DNA from: Candidatus Obscuribacteraceae bacterium
GTDB lineage: Bacteria; Cyanobacteriota; Vampirovibrionia; Obscuribacterales; Obscuribacteraceae
NCBI GenBank assembly: GCA_044226015.1
Contig: JBGAHS010000002.1
Coordinates: forward strand, 723,434-787,433
DNA length: 64,000 nt
Reading direction: 5' to 3'
Shown: in pieces, positions 18,213-28,771 of the stretch
How positions within the stretch are numbered: the first letter of the stretch is position 1
Layout of the letters: each line of letters begins with the position of its first letter
The notes under the pieces: model-generated
What the model saw: only the letters and a program-made list of their open reading frames with translations
What the model was told of the DNA's origin: nothing
Databases searched by the model: none
Position numbers and translations under genes: made by a program

Positions 18213-18761
18213 GGTCCTTTTCCCAAAACCTCTGCGATAACTGATGTTACATTGAACTCCTCGATTCGCCAAGACAAAAACTTGTCATTCTTGTCAACCG
18301 AAATACTAACACAGCAAATCCGATCTTCAGCCACTTTACATCCCTAGATTTCTCTCATGAGACAACTACGAAGATCCTGTTGCAATCTGGGAAAGAGCCA
18401 ATTACACAGCATCTTGGAACTTCAATCTTTTGATGAGAACATGCGCATCTATGTAGCCAAGCAAGTGAAAACTGATCACGTTGACAGCGAAACCGAGATA
18501 TAGAAAGCATCAGCGCCCGCATATCGAGACGCCATGCGGACAGTTTAAAAGATTGAGCAATTCTTAGCTGGGCAGTCGTCAATTGTTACTCTTAGTTTCA
18601 CAAATTGACGCAGATCTGCGGAATTAGTTTTTCGCCAAGCCTTCAATTCGAGAACTCATGTAGCCAGGTTTTGTCATTCAAGCGAACAAGAAATTCCAAA
18701 TATCGCTGATGGCGGAAACGAGGAGATCGGGGCCTGTATATACATCAGACATGCTAGTTGA

Positions 18762-18911
18762 GAAAATCTTCGCTGCTTTTCAAAACTGGACCGGTTCCGT
18801 TTGAGTTCTCCTGAATATCTTCGCCCTTTTCAAAACTGCGCCGGTACCGTTTGAGTTCTCCTGAATATCTTCGCTGCTTTTGAGAACTGGACCGGTACCG
18901 TTTGAGTTCTC
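18762..18911 (-). repeat. ~50-bp tandem repeat x3 of the GGTACC palindromic family
   Basis: Three units containing AAAACTGGACCGGTACCGTTTGAGTTCTC variants. Confidence 0.9.
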
Positions 18912-19141
18912 AAATTTTCTACGTGTTTTACTGGGAAGATTTTGCTGGAACCTCATCTGTAGCCGGGCGATACCACCCCGAGCGAGCAACTGGAGACGCT
19001 TGCACCCGGGGACGCCACTATTTTGCGGCTTCGCAGTTCCAGACAACAGAATCGAGCACAGCGGCAGGATCGAGCACAACAAGCATCCACTAAAGTTCTT
19101 GAAGATGACTTCGGGTAAACTCGTGGGGTCAAAATATTTCT

Positions 19142-19231
19142 GCAAGCGTAGAAAGACTCGCAAGTGAAGATAGATTGGCAAGTGAAGATAGATTGGCAAG
19201 TGAAGAAAGATTAGCAAGTGAAGAAAGAATA
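19142..19231. repeat. 18-bp tandem repeat x5
   Basis: GCAAGTGAAGATAGATTG-like units at 19142, 19160, 19178, 19196 and 19214. Confidence 0.88.
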
Positions 19232-19242
19232 GAGAGCTTTAA

Positions 19243-20073
19243 TTGAACGAAAATGACATTGCTAAAAGTGAAAGCCTGGCTCGGTTTCATAACGAACTAA
19301 TCATGTCCAGATATTTGTTTGAGCAAGCTCGTAGAATCTATCCTGCTCTACAGTCCCACGTACCTGCCTTCGGCGATGCCATTGCCTTGATGAACTATTC
19401 ATTCGAGACTTTCAGAAAAGCTACGCCGTTCGTGTCCACGGAAGAGCGCTCAAGTCTCTTGCATCTATTGTGTCTTCATTCGGTTCAGGAAATTTGTAGG
19501 GTCGAACCCAACTTCAACTGCCGCTCAATAATGGATTCCAACCCAGTAGAAGCGCTCATATCCTTCAACTCTGAAAAACTAAGCAGCATCAGCGATGAGC
19601 TTCTGGAGCAAACTAGCTCAAGCCAAAAACGCACTAGTGAAGCGGCATGCAAACTACTTTTGCACCTTTCAGAACCTGAATGGCTAGAGAAAATAGAAAT
19701 CAATTCGCTGGATTTTGTTGAAGAACCTGTCGGCGAGAGCATTTTGCGAAAACTCAAATATCTAAGACGACTGGAATATTTGAACCTGAGCCACACTTAT
19801 TTCCCCGCAGAAGCGCTACAAAACCTGGTGCATCTGCCATTATTGCGAGAATTAGTATTGAGCGATACACGAACGAGTAACAACGGGCTTGCACTGCTGA
19901 AAAATAGCCCATCAATAGAAATATTGGACATCAAAAACACACTAGTAACGAACGCAGCCTACGAGAGCATACGCAAGGTTGCAAGACTGCAATGCTTGAA
20001 GTGCGATGAGCACACATTCTCGTCCACAAACCTGAACTCATTGAATGCAGCAGGCGTAAAAATCGAACATTAG
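19243..20073 (+). CDS. hypothetical protein with C-terminal leucine-rich repeats
   Basis: LRR-type units LRRLEYLNLSHT, LRELVLSDTRTSN and IEILDIKNTLVTN. Confidence 0.7.
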   Translation: MNENDIAKSESLARFHNELIMSRYLFEQARRIYPALQSHVPAFGDAIALMNYSFETFRKATPFVSTEERSSLLHLLCLHSVQEICRVEPNFNCRSIMDSNPVEALISFNSEKLSSISDELLEQTSSSQKRTSEAACKLLLHLSEPEWLEKIEINSLDFVEEPVGESILRKLKYLRRLEYLNLSHTYFPAEALQNLVHLPLLRELVLSDTRTSNNGLALLKNSPSIEILDIKNTLVTNAAYESIRKVARLQCLKCDEHTFSSTNLNSLNAAGVKIEH

Positions 20074-20113
20074 CTTTACTGCCGTTTTCTGAGCACTCTC
20101 GGGTCCCACGTCC

Positions 20114-21676
20114 TCAGCAAATAGATTTCAAATCCGCGATAACCTGCTCGGCGGAAGCATAGCGTTTGCTAACATCTAGTTGAGTAGCTTTCGCTACAAT
20201 CGCATCTAGCCTATCACCGACCTTCTCGGACATTCCTTTCGGATGTAGTACCGTAATTGGTGGCGGATCAGTACCTACAAGCAAATAGTACAGCGTGGCC
20301 CCAAATGAATAAATATCGCTCTGGATAGTGGGTTTCCCTCTAAACTGCTCAGGGGAAATGTAGTTTGGCTTGCCCACAACAGAACCAGTAACTCCGCTAG
20401 AGACTTCCTGCGCAACAGAAAAGTCAATCAGCTTGGCGTAGCCGTCTAAACCCAGCATTATATTGTCCGGAGTCAAGTCACGATGGATCACTGGCGGCAC
20501 CTGCTGATGAAGATATTTCAAAATGTCGCAGATTTGAAGCGCCAATTGAACGACTTGCTCTTCAGGCATGGGTCCCTCAAGAGCTACGCGCTCTTTCAAT
20601 GAAGCCCCTTCTATATGCTCAATTACAAGATAAGCTCTGTGATCCTCAACAAACAAATCAAGAAACTTAGCTATGCGTGGATGGTCCAATTTGCTCAACA
20701 TGCTCGCCTCAGACTGAAATCGCTCGGCAGCTTTTTTGCGAACACGAATGTCAGGAAAAACTGGCAAGACGAATTCCTTTAAGACTAGCGGGTTATTGTC
20801 CGGATACTTTTGCGATTCCGCTAAATAAACAGTAGCCTGCCCTCCCACACCTACCTTGCTGAGTATCTTGAAATTGCCTTGCTCTAATGTCGCGCCTTCG
20901 AGCAAGGGAGTCAGCTTGTCGCGCTTCGGAGCACCCGACAATTCGCGCAACCAGAGTTCTGTATAACTCTGCCTGGGCGAAGCAATACGGAAAGGCTCCA
21001 AAATACTCAAGTCCAAATTTTCGGGGTAATGCTCCTCCAAATACTGAAAAAGAGTGCCTCTGTCTTTCACATCGACAATGTCGCCCCACTTCAAGCTGAG
21101 CGCTTCACCGAAATCAGGAGCAATTGAAATTACGTAATCTGCATATGATTTTTTTCCCTTTGCCCTCTCCACGCTAACGCCGGCAATTTCGCTCATCTCT
21201 ATTGAACGATGAACAATGTACGTCTTACCATCCACCTCAATTGAAGAGGCAGTGGCAACATTCTGCGAGCTAGCCAACTTGAGCCAATACAGCCGCTGCT
21301 CATCCAGAAATAAGAAATCGGACTGCTTGTTTGCCGATATAGTCAAAAGTACTATAGCTGGAATCATAGTCAAATTAGCGAGCGTGCTTGCTGTTGCCAA
21401 AAGCGACACAAGACCAGAGGCACTCGCTGCCGGCTTCGCGAAAAGCAAAGGCTTAATAGGAGCCAGAAGCAATCTAAAAAATGGATAGAGAATGTTCTCA
21501 GCCAGAAAAGGAAATATCTGGCAGAGAATTAGCATTACTACTAGAGAGCAAATACAAAGAATAACAGTTTTAGAGAATCGTTGAAAACCCAGCCGCAAAG
21601 CAGCATCTGGAAGATACTCAATCATACGAGCATTCTTGACCTGAACCGGCATCCATCGAGTCAAGATGGTAGTCAT
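20114..21676 (-). CDS. membrane-anchored Ser/Thr kinase (N-terminal TMs, C-terminal kinase)
   Basis: GVGGQATVY, VLKE, HRDLTPDN, DFS and SPE motifs. Confidence 0.9.
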   Translation of the reverse strand: MTTILTRWMPVQVKNARMIEYLPDAALRLGFQRFSKTVILCICSLVVMLILCQIFPFLAENILYPFFRLLLAPIKPLLFAKPAASASGLVSLLATASTLANLTMIPAIVLLTISANKQSDFLFLDEQRLYWLKLASSQNVATASSIEVDGKTYIVHRSIEMSEIAGVSVERAKGKKSYADYVISIAPDFGEALSLKWGDIVDVKDRGTLFQYLEEHYPENLDLSILEPFRIASPRQSYTELWLRELSGAPKRDKLTPLLEGATLEQGNFKILSKVGVGGQATVYLAESQKYPDNNPLVLKEFVLPVFPDIRVRKKAAERFQSEASMLSKLDHPRIAKFLDLFVEDHRAYLVIEHIEGASLKERVALEGPMPEEQVVQLALQICDILKYLHQQVPPVIHRDLTPDNIMLGLDGYAKLIDFSVAQEVSSGVTGSVVGKPNYISPEQFRGKPTIQSDIYSFGATLYYLLVGTDPPPITVLHPKGMSEKVGDRLDAIVAKATQLDVSKRYASAEQVIADLKSIC

Positions 21677-23046
21677 GTCATGGTCTCAAGGTTGGCCAAC
21701 AGTGCGCTTGCATCAGCCGGACGCTCCCCTGCTTCCTGCGCAGTACAGGCAGCCACTAGCTGATTCAGTCTTTTGGAAACCGAAGCATTCAGCACTTTTG
21801 GATATGCCACCGCCAGCGGTTCAGGATCCTCCCCTGTGAGCAAGAAGTTCAGAGTGCAACCGAATGCATAGATATCGCTCTGCGGTACCGCCTTACCTCG
21901 CAACTGTTCTGGCGCAATGTAAGCTTGTTTTCCAATCAAAGTCCCCGTGGCTGTTCCTACGAAATGGTTTGCTGCACCAAAATCAATAACGCAAATATCT
22001 CCATCTTCTTTTAGCATAAGATTGTCTGGGGACAAATCCCTATGAATCACTGGAGGTGTCTGAGCATGGAGATAAACCAGAATTTGCGCCAGCTGCTTTG
22101 CCCAGACAATAACATCTGATTCTGGCTGGGGACCATGCTCTTTAACCAGGCGCCGCAAGTCTGAGCCCTTTATCAGTTCCATCAAAATGTAATGTCTTCC
22201 AGACTCAACGAAGTTATCCAAAACCTTTGCCAGGTTAGGATGTGTTAAAGCGCTCAAAATCTCAGCTTCACGGTTGAGCATGTTTTCGGCAGCCTGACGC
22301 AACTCATCGTTTGCATCGTGCGGCACCACTGCTTCCTTCAGCACAAAATGCTGATGCTTCTCATCAGTAACCAGATAAATAGCGGAAAGACCACCAAAAG
22401 CCAACTGCCGCTCAACTTTGAACGTGCCAACTTGATGGCCCGGTTCCAGTGGAATGAAGTTGGTCGGACCAAATCGCCGTGTCAACTCATCTTCCCACAA
22501 CTCAGTAAAACCCGGAGCTGAACTATTTTGAGAGCCCGTAAGTAAGCGCATTCTGGCTTCGAGTAATTCAGGGAAAGCATCTCCACCACCTGCCCAGACT
22601 TCGAGTGAGACAATTAGATTTTCAATTTCACTTTCTTTCAATGCATCCAATCGAAGATTGGCTTTTGTTCCGTTTTTGAAACAGAGCTGCATAGTGCCAT
22701 GCTTTCCCGACGGCAGAATGCGCAAGGATCTTAAATCCGACCAGGACTTCTGGTTACGCAATCCGAATGTCGGACACATAAGAAATGGTAGTGATATACC
22801 ATCTCGCGTCAAATAAATCGTCTTGTCGCCGGTGAGCGTATTTCCCAGGATTACAAACCCAAGCAGCAAGAACTGAAAAAATACAAAAATCGTGGCATTC
22901 TCGCCACTTATATTATTGACTGTCCAGATGTTCAAACTGGAAATCATTACAAATAGCGTTATGATAGGAATAGCGAGCATGAAGCCCCCATTCGCAATGG
23001 CGACCGGCAACTCGCGGTAAGTGATGGTGACTTCTGCTTCAGCCAT
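21673..23046 (-). CDS. membrane-anchored Ser/Thr kinase, paralogue of 20114-21676
   Basis: Two N-terminal TMs, AFGGLSAIY, VLKE, HRDLSPDN, DFG and APE; ATGA overlap with the next gene. Confidence 0.9.
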   Translation of the reverse strand: MAEAEVTITYRELPVAIANGGFMLAIPIITLFVMISSLNIWTVNNISGENATIFVFFQFLLLGFVILGNTLTGDKTIYLTRDGISLPFLMCPTFGLRNQKSWSDLRSLRILPSGKHGTMQLCFKNGTKANLRLDALKESEIENLIVSLEVWAGGGDAFPELLEARMRLLTGSQNSSAPGFTELWEDELTRRFGPTNFIPLEPGHQVGTFKVERQLAFGGLSAIYLVTDEKHQHFVLKEAVVPHDANDELRQAAENMLNREAEILSALTHPNLAKVLDNFVESGRHYILMELIKGSDLRRLVKEHGPQPESDVIVWAKQLAQILVYLHAQTPPVIHRDLSPDNLMLKEDGDICVIDFGAANHFVGTATGTLIGKQAYIAPEQLRGKAVPQSDIYAFGCTLNFLLTGEDPEPLAVAYPKVLNASVSKRLNQLVAACTAQEAGERPADASALLANLETMT

Positions 23047-23149
23047 GAATTGATCATGCCTCGGACGAGATAGAATTAGTCGCTACTGGATGCCTAAATG
23101 ATTCTAACCGTATCGATTCGAGCGTTTTTTTTCGCCCCGGCAGTTAATG

Positions 23150-23478
23150 CAATGATCTGCGCTAATCCAGAATCCTCTATGTCTGTGCTGCGCTAATCCA
23201 GAATCCTGTACGCCATTGTGCTGCGCTAAGCCTAGAATCCTCAACTCTGCTGGAGAAGGCATAGCTCCCTCTGGCATACCGGATCCATACTCAAAACAAG
23301 AATGTGCTGCGCTACGCCCAGAATCCTTTACGCCAATGATCTGCGCTAATCTAGAATCCTTTACGCCAATGAGATGCGCTAATCCCAGAATCCTCAACTC
23401 CGTTGGAGAAGGCATAGCTCCCTCTGGCATAACCGGATCCATACTCAAAACGAGAATGTGCTGCGCTACGCCCAGAAT
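23150..23478. repeat. composite repeat: 7 TGCGCTAATCCAGAATCCT-like cores with a duplicated ~60-bp insert
   Basis: Cores recur at ~33-bp spacing; the block CAACTC..GGAGAAGGCATAGCTCCCTCTGGCAT..CCGGATCCATACTCAAAAC occurs twice. Confidence 0.88.
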
Positions 23479-23483
23479 GGTCT

Positions 23484-25766
23484 TTAGTGGATAATATCAG
23501 TTCCAGGCATAGACGCCCGCAATTTTCCAAGCCCTGAAGGACTAATTTTCGTACCACTCACATCTATTGAACTGGCGCCTTGCAAACGCTGCAAGAAAGG
23601 CACAGCCTGGTCACCAATTGCGGTACCACTCAGATCAACACTCTTGATTCCCCGTGGAAGAAAAGTCAGACTAGGACTGGTTATTTTAGTTCCTGCCAAA
23701 TTCGCATGTTGAAGTGGAAGCTTTTCCAATGCCCGCATCGTTTCGACACCGATTTGTGTATATGACAAATCCAGATCATGTACATCAAGCATCTCTGCGA
23801 TACGTTTCCCCTGGGTGTCGCCGATTGGTTCATAGCTCAAGTTTATGCTATTCATTTTTAAGCCGCTGAAGTCCGCAGTTTCACCCAGATACAACAAAGC
23901 GCGAAAAGCATTCTTCGCCGCAGCGCTATTAGGGTCAGCTTTAATTTGCTCTAGGAGGCTTGTTCTCGCAACGTCGCGACCTGCCGTTCGAAGCATTTCC
24001 GCTCGCTGCATAAGCTGATCATGCATTGGACCACGTTCTGCAGGCGACAGTCCGGTCAGCAAGCCATGGAGTCCCTCACCAATAGCTGTGGCCGTCACAG
24101 GAGCTGCTTCAATCAAACTAACTGCGCGCTTTCCATCAGGGTGCAGCGCATACTCACCCATCAAGATAGCAAGCCGTTCTCTCGGAACCTCTGCATATGG
24201 ACGTGTTGGCAAATTATCAACCCGGTTTGCGGCCTGAATAACCTGGGCGGCAAGAGGATTTTTTTCCTCGAAGTGATGCGACCATTCGTGCATGGTGTCT
24301 TCAACGAGAGTTTCGCCCTTATTCTTGCGATACCAGGTGGTTTGCCCAGTTTTGAAAACTGTATCAGCAGCCGACTCGAACTGAGAATTGCCACTTCTCG
24401 ACTTGTACCAGGCGTCGTAAGGGTTCGCCTCTCCTGAAAGAACAATCTCCTGAAACTTACCAGGCTCGGGCGTCATTAGAGCATGGCGGAACGCATCTTC
24501 CACGTTCATTCTTCCTGCCAGTTCTTGCATTTCTGGCTTCGACAATTCCATGCGAGCCTTTTCCGCTGCCTGCCCTGTTCCCTCAGATTGCTTTTGCAAT
24601 TCAGCAAGGCGATCTAGCTGTAAGGCGTATTCTTCAGGAACCAGCACTCTCAACGAGCTTCCCTCTGCCTCATAGACCCGCACAGGAGTTGGCTTCTGGA
24701 CAATGTTGTTTCGCTCAAAAGCTCCTAGCGACTGCCCTGTGGCAGCACCGTCAGCTCCTTCTTTCACGGTTGGAAGGTCCTTCACATCTCGCCCATAGCT
24801 GATTTTTGAAGGAGCTTTAGCCAGATCAAGGTTAAGGTCAGGAATCTTCCCTTCGCCACCCAATCTAGTGCTCAGTTCGCGCAAAAGTTCTGCGCTCGGT
24901 TTGCTTGCTAGCGCATTGTCGCTGGCAGAGCGTTCAAGTCCCAATTGAACAGGCTCTCGCTCAGTACCAGCTTTGGGCGATAATATGCGACCCAAACCCG
25001 CGCCAACAACCGAGAAGTTGTAGATTGACTCAAGGTATTTGGAATTGAAATGCTGTTCAAGCGTTGGCAGTCCCTTACCATGCATGACAGAATCCGCATC
25101 CACAGCAACAATACCCGCTGGAATTCCAGACAAAGCCATCACTGCCGTATCATTTTTCAAAATCTTCGCTAGAGTTGTGCCTTTCAGCATCTCGCTTTGA
25201 CCCAGATTTTTAAGTCCCATAGAACTTAGGGTCAATGCGCCAAAAGTCGTGCCCCCCGCCCCCGCTTGCCTAACGCGAGCATCAAGCAGAGATTGACCCG
25301 GTTCGAGCTTGCTCGGAGTGAGCAAGCCGCCGTAAGCTAGCCCGGTGCCTATCGACACCCCTAGCTCGTAACGTCCTAGAGTCCTGAGCTCTGAGGATGT
25401 GAGCGCCGCAAGTCCCTTTTGCGCCGCAAGATCCGCAGTTGCTGACGGAAACGCTGATGTCACAAGCTTCCTGGACAGCAAAATAGGGGCTAGCATTCCA
25501 GCCCCGGTTCCAATTTGTTGAAGATTCCAGTCCAGTGACCAGGTTTTTGCAGCCTGCGGGGCACTTATAAGCGCGTCTTGTTTCCCACCAAATGGTTGCA
25601 CAATGGCATTCAGCGGTGATTGAACAGCCGCATATGCTGCCGAGTGCAAAAGAACTTCAGCCTCATGCAAAACAGGTCGATTGTCCGCCTGAGTGAGGAG
25701 TTCCGGATGTCTAGTTAGCGATGGAAAGTTATCCACGTCGGTGAAAACTGGTTTGGGACTTGCCAA
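23484..25766 (-). CDS. effector-like multidomain protein: Gly-rich hydrophobic helices + HExxH zincin + LRRs
   Basis: Hydrophobic Gly-rich segments in the first ~260 aa; MHEWSHH followed by PYAE..RERLA; C-terminal LDLSYTQI, NLAGTKI and VDLSGTAI repeats. Confidence 0.65.
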   Translation of the reverse strand: MASPKPVFTDVDNFPSLTRHPELLTQADNRPVLHEAEVLLHSAAYAAVQSPLNAIVQPFGGKQDALISAPQAAKTWSLDWNLQQIGTGAGMLAPILLSRKLVTSAFPSATADLAAQKGLAALTSSELRTLGRYELGVSIGTGLAYGGLLTPSKLEPGQSLLDARVRQAGAGGTTFGALTLSSMGLKNLGQSEMLKGTTLAKILKNDTAVMALSGIPAGIVAVDADSVMHGKGLPTLEQHFNSKYLESIYNFSVVGAGLGRILSPKAGTEREPVQLGLERSASDNALASKPSAELLRELSTRLGGEGKIPDLNLDLAKAPSKISYGRDVKDLPTVKEGADGAATGQSLGAFERNNIVQKPTPVRVYEAEGSSLRVLVPEEYALQLDRLAELQKQSEGTGQAAEKARMELSKPEMQELAGRMNVEDAFRHALMTPEPGKFQEIVLSGEANPYDAWYKSRSGNSQFESAADTVFKTGQTTWYRKNKGETLVEDTMHEWSHHFEEKNPLAAQVIQAANRVDNLPTRPYAEVPRERLAILMGEYALHPDGKRAVSLIEAAPVTATAIGEGLHGLLTGLSPAERGPMHDQLMQRAEMLRTAGRDVARTSLLEQIKADPNSAAAKNAFRALLYLGETADFSGLKMNSINLSYEPIGDTQGKRIAEMLDVHDLDLSYTQIGVETMRALEKLPLQHANLAGTKITSPSLTFLPRGIKSVDLSGTAIGDQAVPFLQRLQGASSIDVSGTKISPSGLGKLRASMPGTDIIH

Positions 25767-25904
25767 TATTAAACTCTCTAAAGCTTTCGCTCACAATGGT
25801 GGTCCTCCCATCGCGGCAAACCCAGTCGGGGCGGAAGAAAAGTCGCAATATCAGGCACAAAATCTGAGGTTCTCACTTCGGTGTCGGACGGAAGCCAGGG
25901 CTTT

Positions 25905-26050
25905 CGGTCCAGTTTTCAACTTCTCCGAGGATTTTCCTCAAAACTCAAGCGGTACCGGTCCAGTTCTCCGCTTCAGCGCAGATTTTCCCCGGAACTCAAA
26001 CGGTACCGGTCCAATTTTCAACTTCAGCGTAGATTTTCCTCAAAACTCAA
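25905..26050 (+). repeat. 51-bp tandem repeat x~3 of the GGTACC palindromic family
   Basis: GATTTTCC...AACTCAAACGGTACCGGTCCA units; reverse complement of the 18.8-kb array core. Confidence 0.9.
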
Positions 26051-26483
26051 TTTAACACTCTGACCCAAATCTGCCACGAGCATGTCCCGATTGTGACCGC
26101 GCCGCTGAGTTTAATAAGGACATCAGCAGCGCACGAGGTTCAAGCAAATGCCTAAGCAATCCACCAAAATGAACGGCACAGAAGCAGCAACCCTCATTCT
26201 CGTAAAAGCTTCGCTAGTTCTTCTCAGCGTAAACAGTCTCCTCGGATTTGCTTGTGTGTGCAAAACGGTCCTCGGCTAAATCTCAATACTGAGAAGAGCT
26301 GCTCTGTGGGCACATACAGAGATCGCACAATTCATCTATGAGGCTTGTCCGCGATGAGCATCAGTACGAGATGAGCATTAGTACGCGCAACAGCAACGTG
26401 CAATCAGCACAATCGGCGCACTTAATCGGCGCACCAAATTAGCGCACCAACTGTGCCAACCAATTAGCCCACAAGAAAATGGA

Positions 26484-27404
26484 TTAGTTTCTTCTGTAGG
26501 CTCGTTCAAGCGATTTCATGTTGGTGTAGCCATCTGCAGGAAGCTTGTTGAACATTTTCAGATAATCCTGGGCACTTCGCACACTACCACTCATTACGTA
26601 CAAAGCTTGATCACTAGCGGATTTCATTGAATTAGGCAAACTTGTTATATTCGAAAAATCTGGACGTCCATAAGGGTCTGTTTTGTATGCTGCCGCCCGT
26701 CCGCCTTCAGGAACGACAACGGTTCGCCAATCACCTGTTCTGGTGAAAAAGTACGGTTTGCCGTTGGGGTCTTTTCCAAAACTAAAGGTTTCAGCAAGTG
26801 AAGCCTGATTGAGAGCCTCGTCCACAACTTTCAATTCAACAGGATTTTTCATAATCTCCTGCGCGGAACTGGTCAACTTATCAACATCGCCTTTTAGATA
26901 AGACGAGAATAGATTCGATACTTTTTGCTGGGTAGACGGTGCCAGGTCATAGCCTCTCTGAGCCAAGAAGGGGTCAGTCATTACAGCAGAGACGTACTCA
27001 TTTACCTGTGTGACACTCGCTCTTCTTAACTCATTGTCGGTCTTTCCATTTATAGTTTCATGCTGAACATTGATGTCCGACTGTTTCCCATCCTTCCCTG
27101 GAAAAACAATATGTTCAATATCGCCGTTAGCGTCGTATTGAATTTTTGCACTGCCTGACTGTTGAAGCTGCTCCGCGACTGCCGGAAGCAAGCCTTCTCG
27201 TTTCATTTCTCGTATTCCAGAAAGTGCACTACGTCCTTCACTGATGCTCCCCTTACTTAGATTCTCAACTTCTCTGGAAAGGAGTTGAGCGTTGGATTCC
27301 GCAATAACCTTGGGGCTAATTTCGAGCCCATCTACTTCTTCGCTGGACGGAGAATTTTTTAGACTCTCACTGGAAAAGCTAGAATCAAACGATCTGCCAG
27401 CCAT
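26484..27404 (-). CDS. hypothetical protein with Ser-rich N-terminus
   Basis: 306-aa ORF with GAAGGG RBS; no family recognised. Confidence 0.7.
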   Translation of the reverse strand: MAGRSFDSSFSSESLKNSPSSEEVDGLEISPKVIAESNAQLLSREVENLSKGSISEGRSALSGIREMKREGLLPAVAEQLQQSGSAKIQYDANGDIEHIVFPGKDGKQSDINVQHETINGKTDNELRRASVTQVNEYVSAVMTDPFLAQRGYDLAPSTQQKVSNLFSSYLKGDVDKLTSSAQEIMKNPVELKVVDEALNQASLAETFSFGKDPNGKPYFFTRTGDWRTVVVPEGGRAAAYKTDPYGRPDFSNITSLPNSMKSASDQALYVMSGSVRSAQDYLKMFNKLPADGYTNMKSLERAYRRN

Positions 27405-27676
27405 AATTCAACCCCTTCTAAGCCTCAGAAAGACTTCTTGCGTAGAACCAACCATCTCTATATAAACCGTAATTAACCTACAAAACAATGCAGATTTACA
27501 CAGTCCAAAATCGAGAAAGTGAAGGTGTTCATCCCAATGAGCCTTGGACAATTCGTTCCATGCCATCTATCCGTGACTAAAACCATTTTGAATCAAAAAC
27601 CGCAAAAGACAAAACGCAAGGGCACCGCATACAGTACCATTAAGTAAATCCTGAAAGCTCATACCGGAAGACATTT

Positions 27677-28771
27677 ATGGCTGCCGTTTTCCGCCCGGGC
27701 TGTTATACTGTGGCAAACGAAACTACCGACGATGCAAAGGCGCAAGAATTGTCATTTCAAATAAAAATGGGCTCTAACAAAGAATTTCCCCCTGAAGCCC
27801 GCGGCTGGAACTGGGGAGCATTTTGTTTGACATGGGTTTGGGGAATTTGCAACGGAACCTATATTGCACTGCTGTGTCTCATTCCTGCAGTTTCCTTTGT
27901 GATGATGTTCGTCTTAGGCGCAAAGGGAAATGAATGGAGCTGGTGCAATAAGAACTGGAATAGCGTTGAGGAGTTTCACCGAGCCCAAAGAACTTGGGCA
28001 ATAGCTGGAATAACGCTATGGGCTTTGTTCACTGTGCTTGTAATTGTGATTCCCATCGGATTGCTAGGATGGGGAGTCAAAACTGAGTGGCCGCAAATAA
28101 CGGAAATGTTCAGGGATTTCAACCCTCACAAGAGATTTTGCAACTACGCACTGCAAGAAGCGGAACACAACCCTAGACTTACAGAACAGCTTGGTGCGCC
28201 ACTTCTGCCCAATGGCCCCAGTGAAACCTACGCTGGAAATGGCTATTTTGAAACAGCGATACCCGTGCATGGTCCAAAGGGAGATGCAACGCTCTATGTT
28301 CGCTCTCGTCAAAAGAATGACGAGCTGCAATTAGAAAAGGCCGAGGTTGAATTAAAGTCACTTGAGCGAGTGCCTATCGAATCGCGACAGCAACAAAATG
28401 AAATTCGCGAAGCGGAAGGTCGCATAGTTCAACTAGAAAGAGCTATTCATCGCGAAGTTGCATGGAATAATCGAGAGCCCAAAGGTGAGCCAGAAGGCGA
28501 GGTCATTTTCCGTAAAGAAATGGCGGATATCCAGGCGAATCCAGAAATAAGAGAGTACTTTGGCGAGCACTTCAGTTTCAAAATCGAGAACGCCTTTGTC
28601 AAAATCTACGGACCGGCAGGAGAAGCCAGCTTCGTGGTCCTTCTTGCAGGAAAAGGGCATGAAGGCACTCTCAAACTGTACGCAAATCGCTCTCTCGGGC
28701 GCTGGCAGTTTGCGGATGCGCGAGTGAGCACCGCCGGCGGGGTCATCAACATTCCACTTCGAGTTGATTAG
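27677..28771 (+). CDS. membrane protein (WNWGAF domain) with two Coa1-like domains
   Basis: WNWGAFCLTWVWGICN membrane module, then two repeats of the (A)NP.L.E.(L/F)G...G..G..G.L pattern (IPVHGPKGDATLYV; LLAGKGHEGTLKLY). Start uncertain. Confidence 0.6.
   Translation: MAAVFRPGCYTVANETTDDAKAQELSFQIKMGSNKEFPPEARGWNWGAFCLTWVWGICNGTYIALLCLIPAVSFVMMFVLGAKGNEWSWCNKNWNSVEEFHRAQRTWAIAGITLWALFTVLVIVIPIGLLGWGVKTEWPQITEMFRDFNPHKRFCNYALQEAEHNPRLTEQLGAPLLPNGPSETYAGNGYFETAIPVHGPKGDATLYVRSRQKNDELQLEKAEVELKSLERVPIESRQQQNEIREAEGRIVQLERAIHREVAWNNREPKGEPEGEVIFRKEMADIQANPEIREYFGEHFSFKIENAFVKIYGPAGEASFVVLLAGKGHEGTLKLYANRSLGRWQFADARVSTAGGVINIPLRVD

Noticed and set aside
18275..18760. Possible ncRNA or small ORF upstream of coaD
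   Set aside because: No RNase P, tmRNA, 6S or riboswitch signature recognised; the short ORFs lack support.
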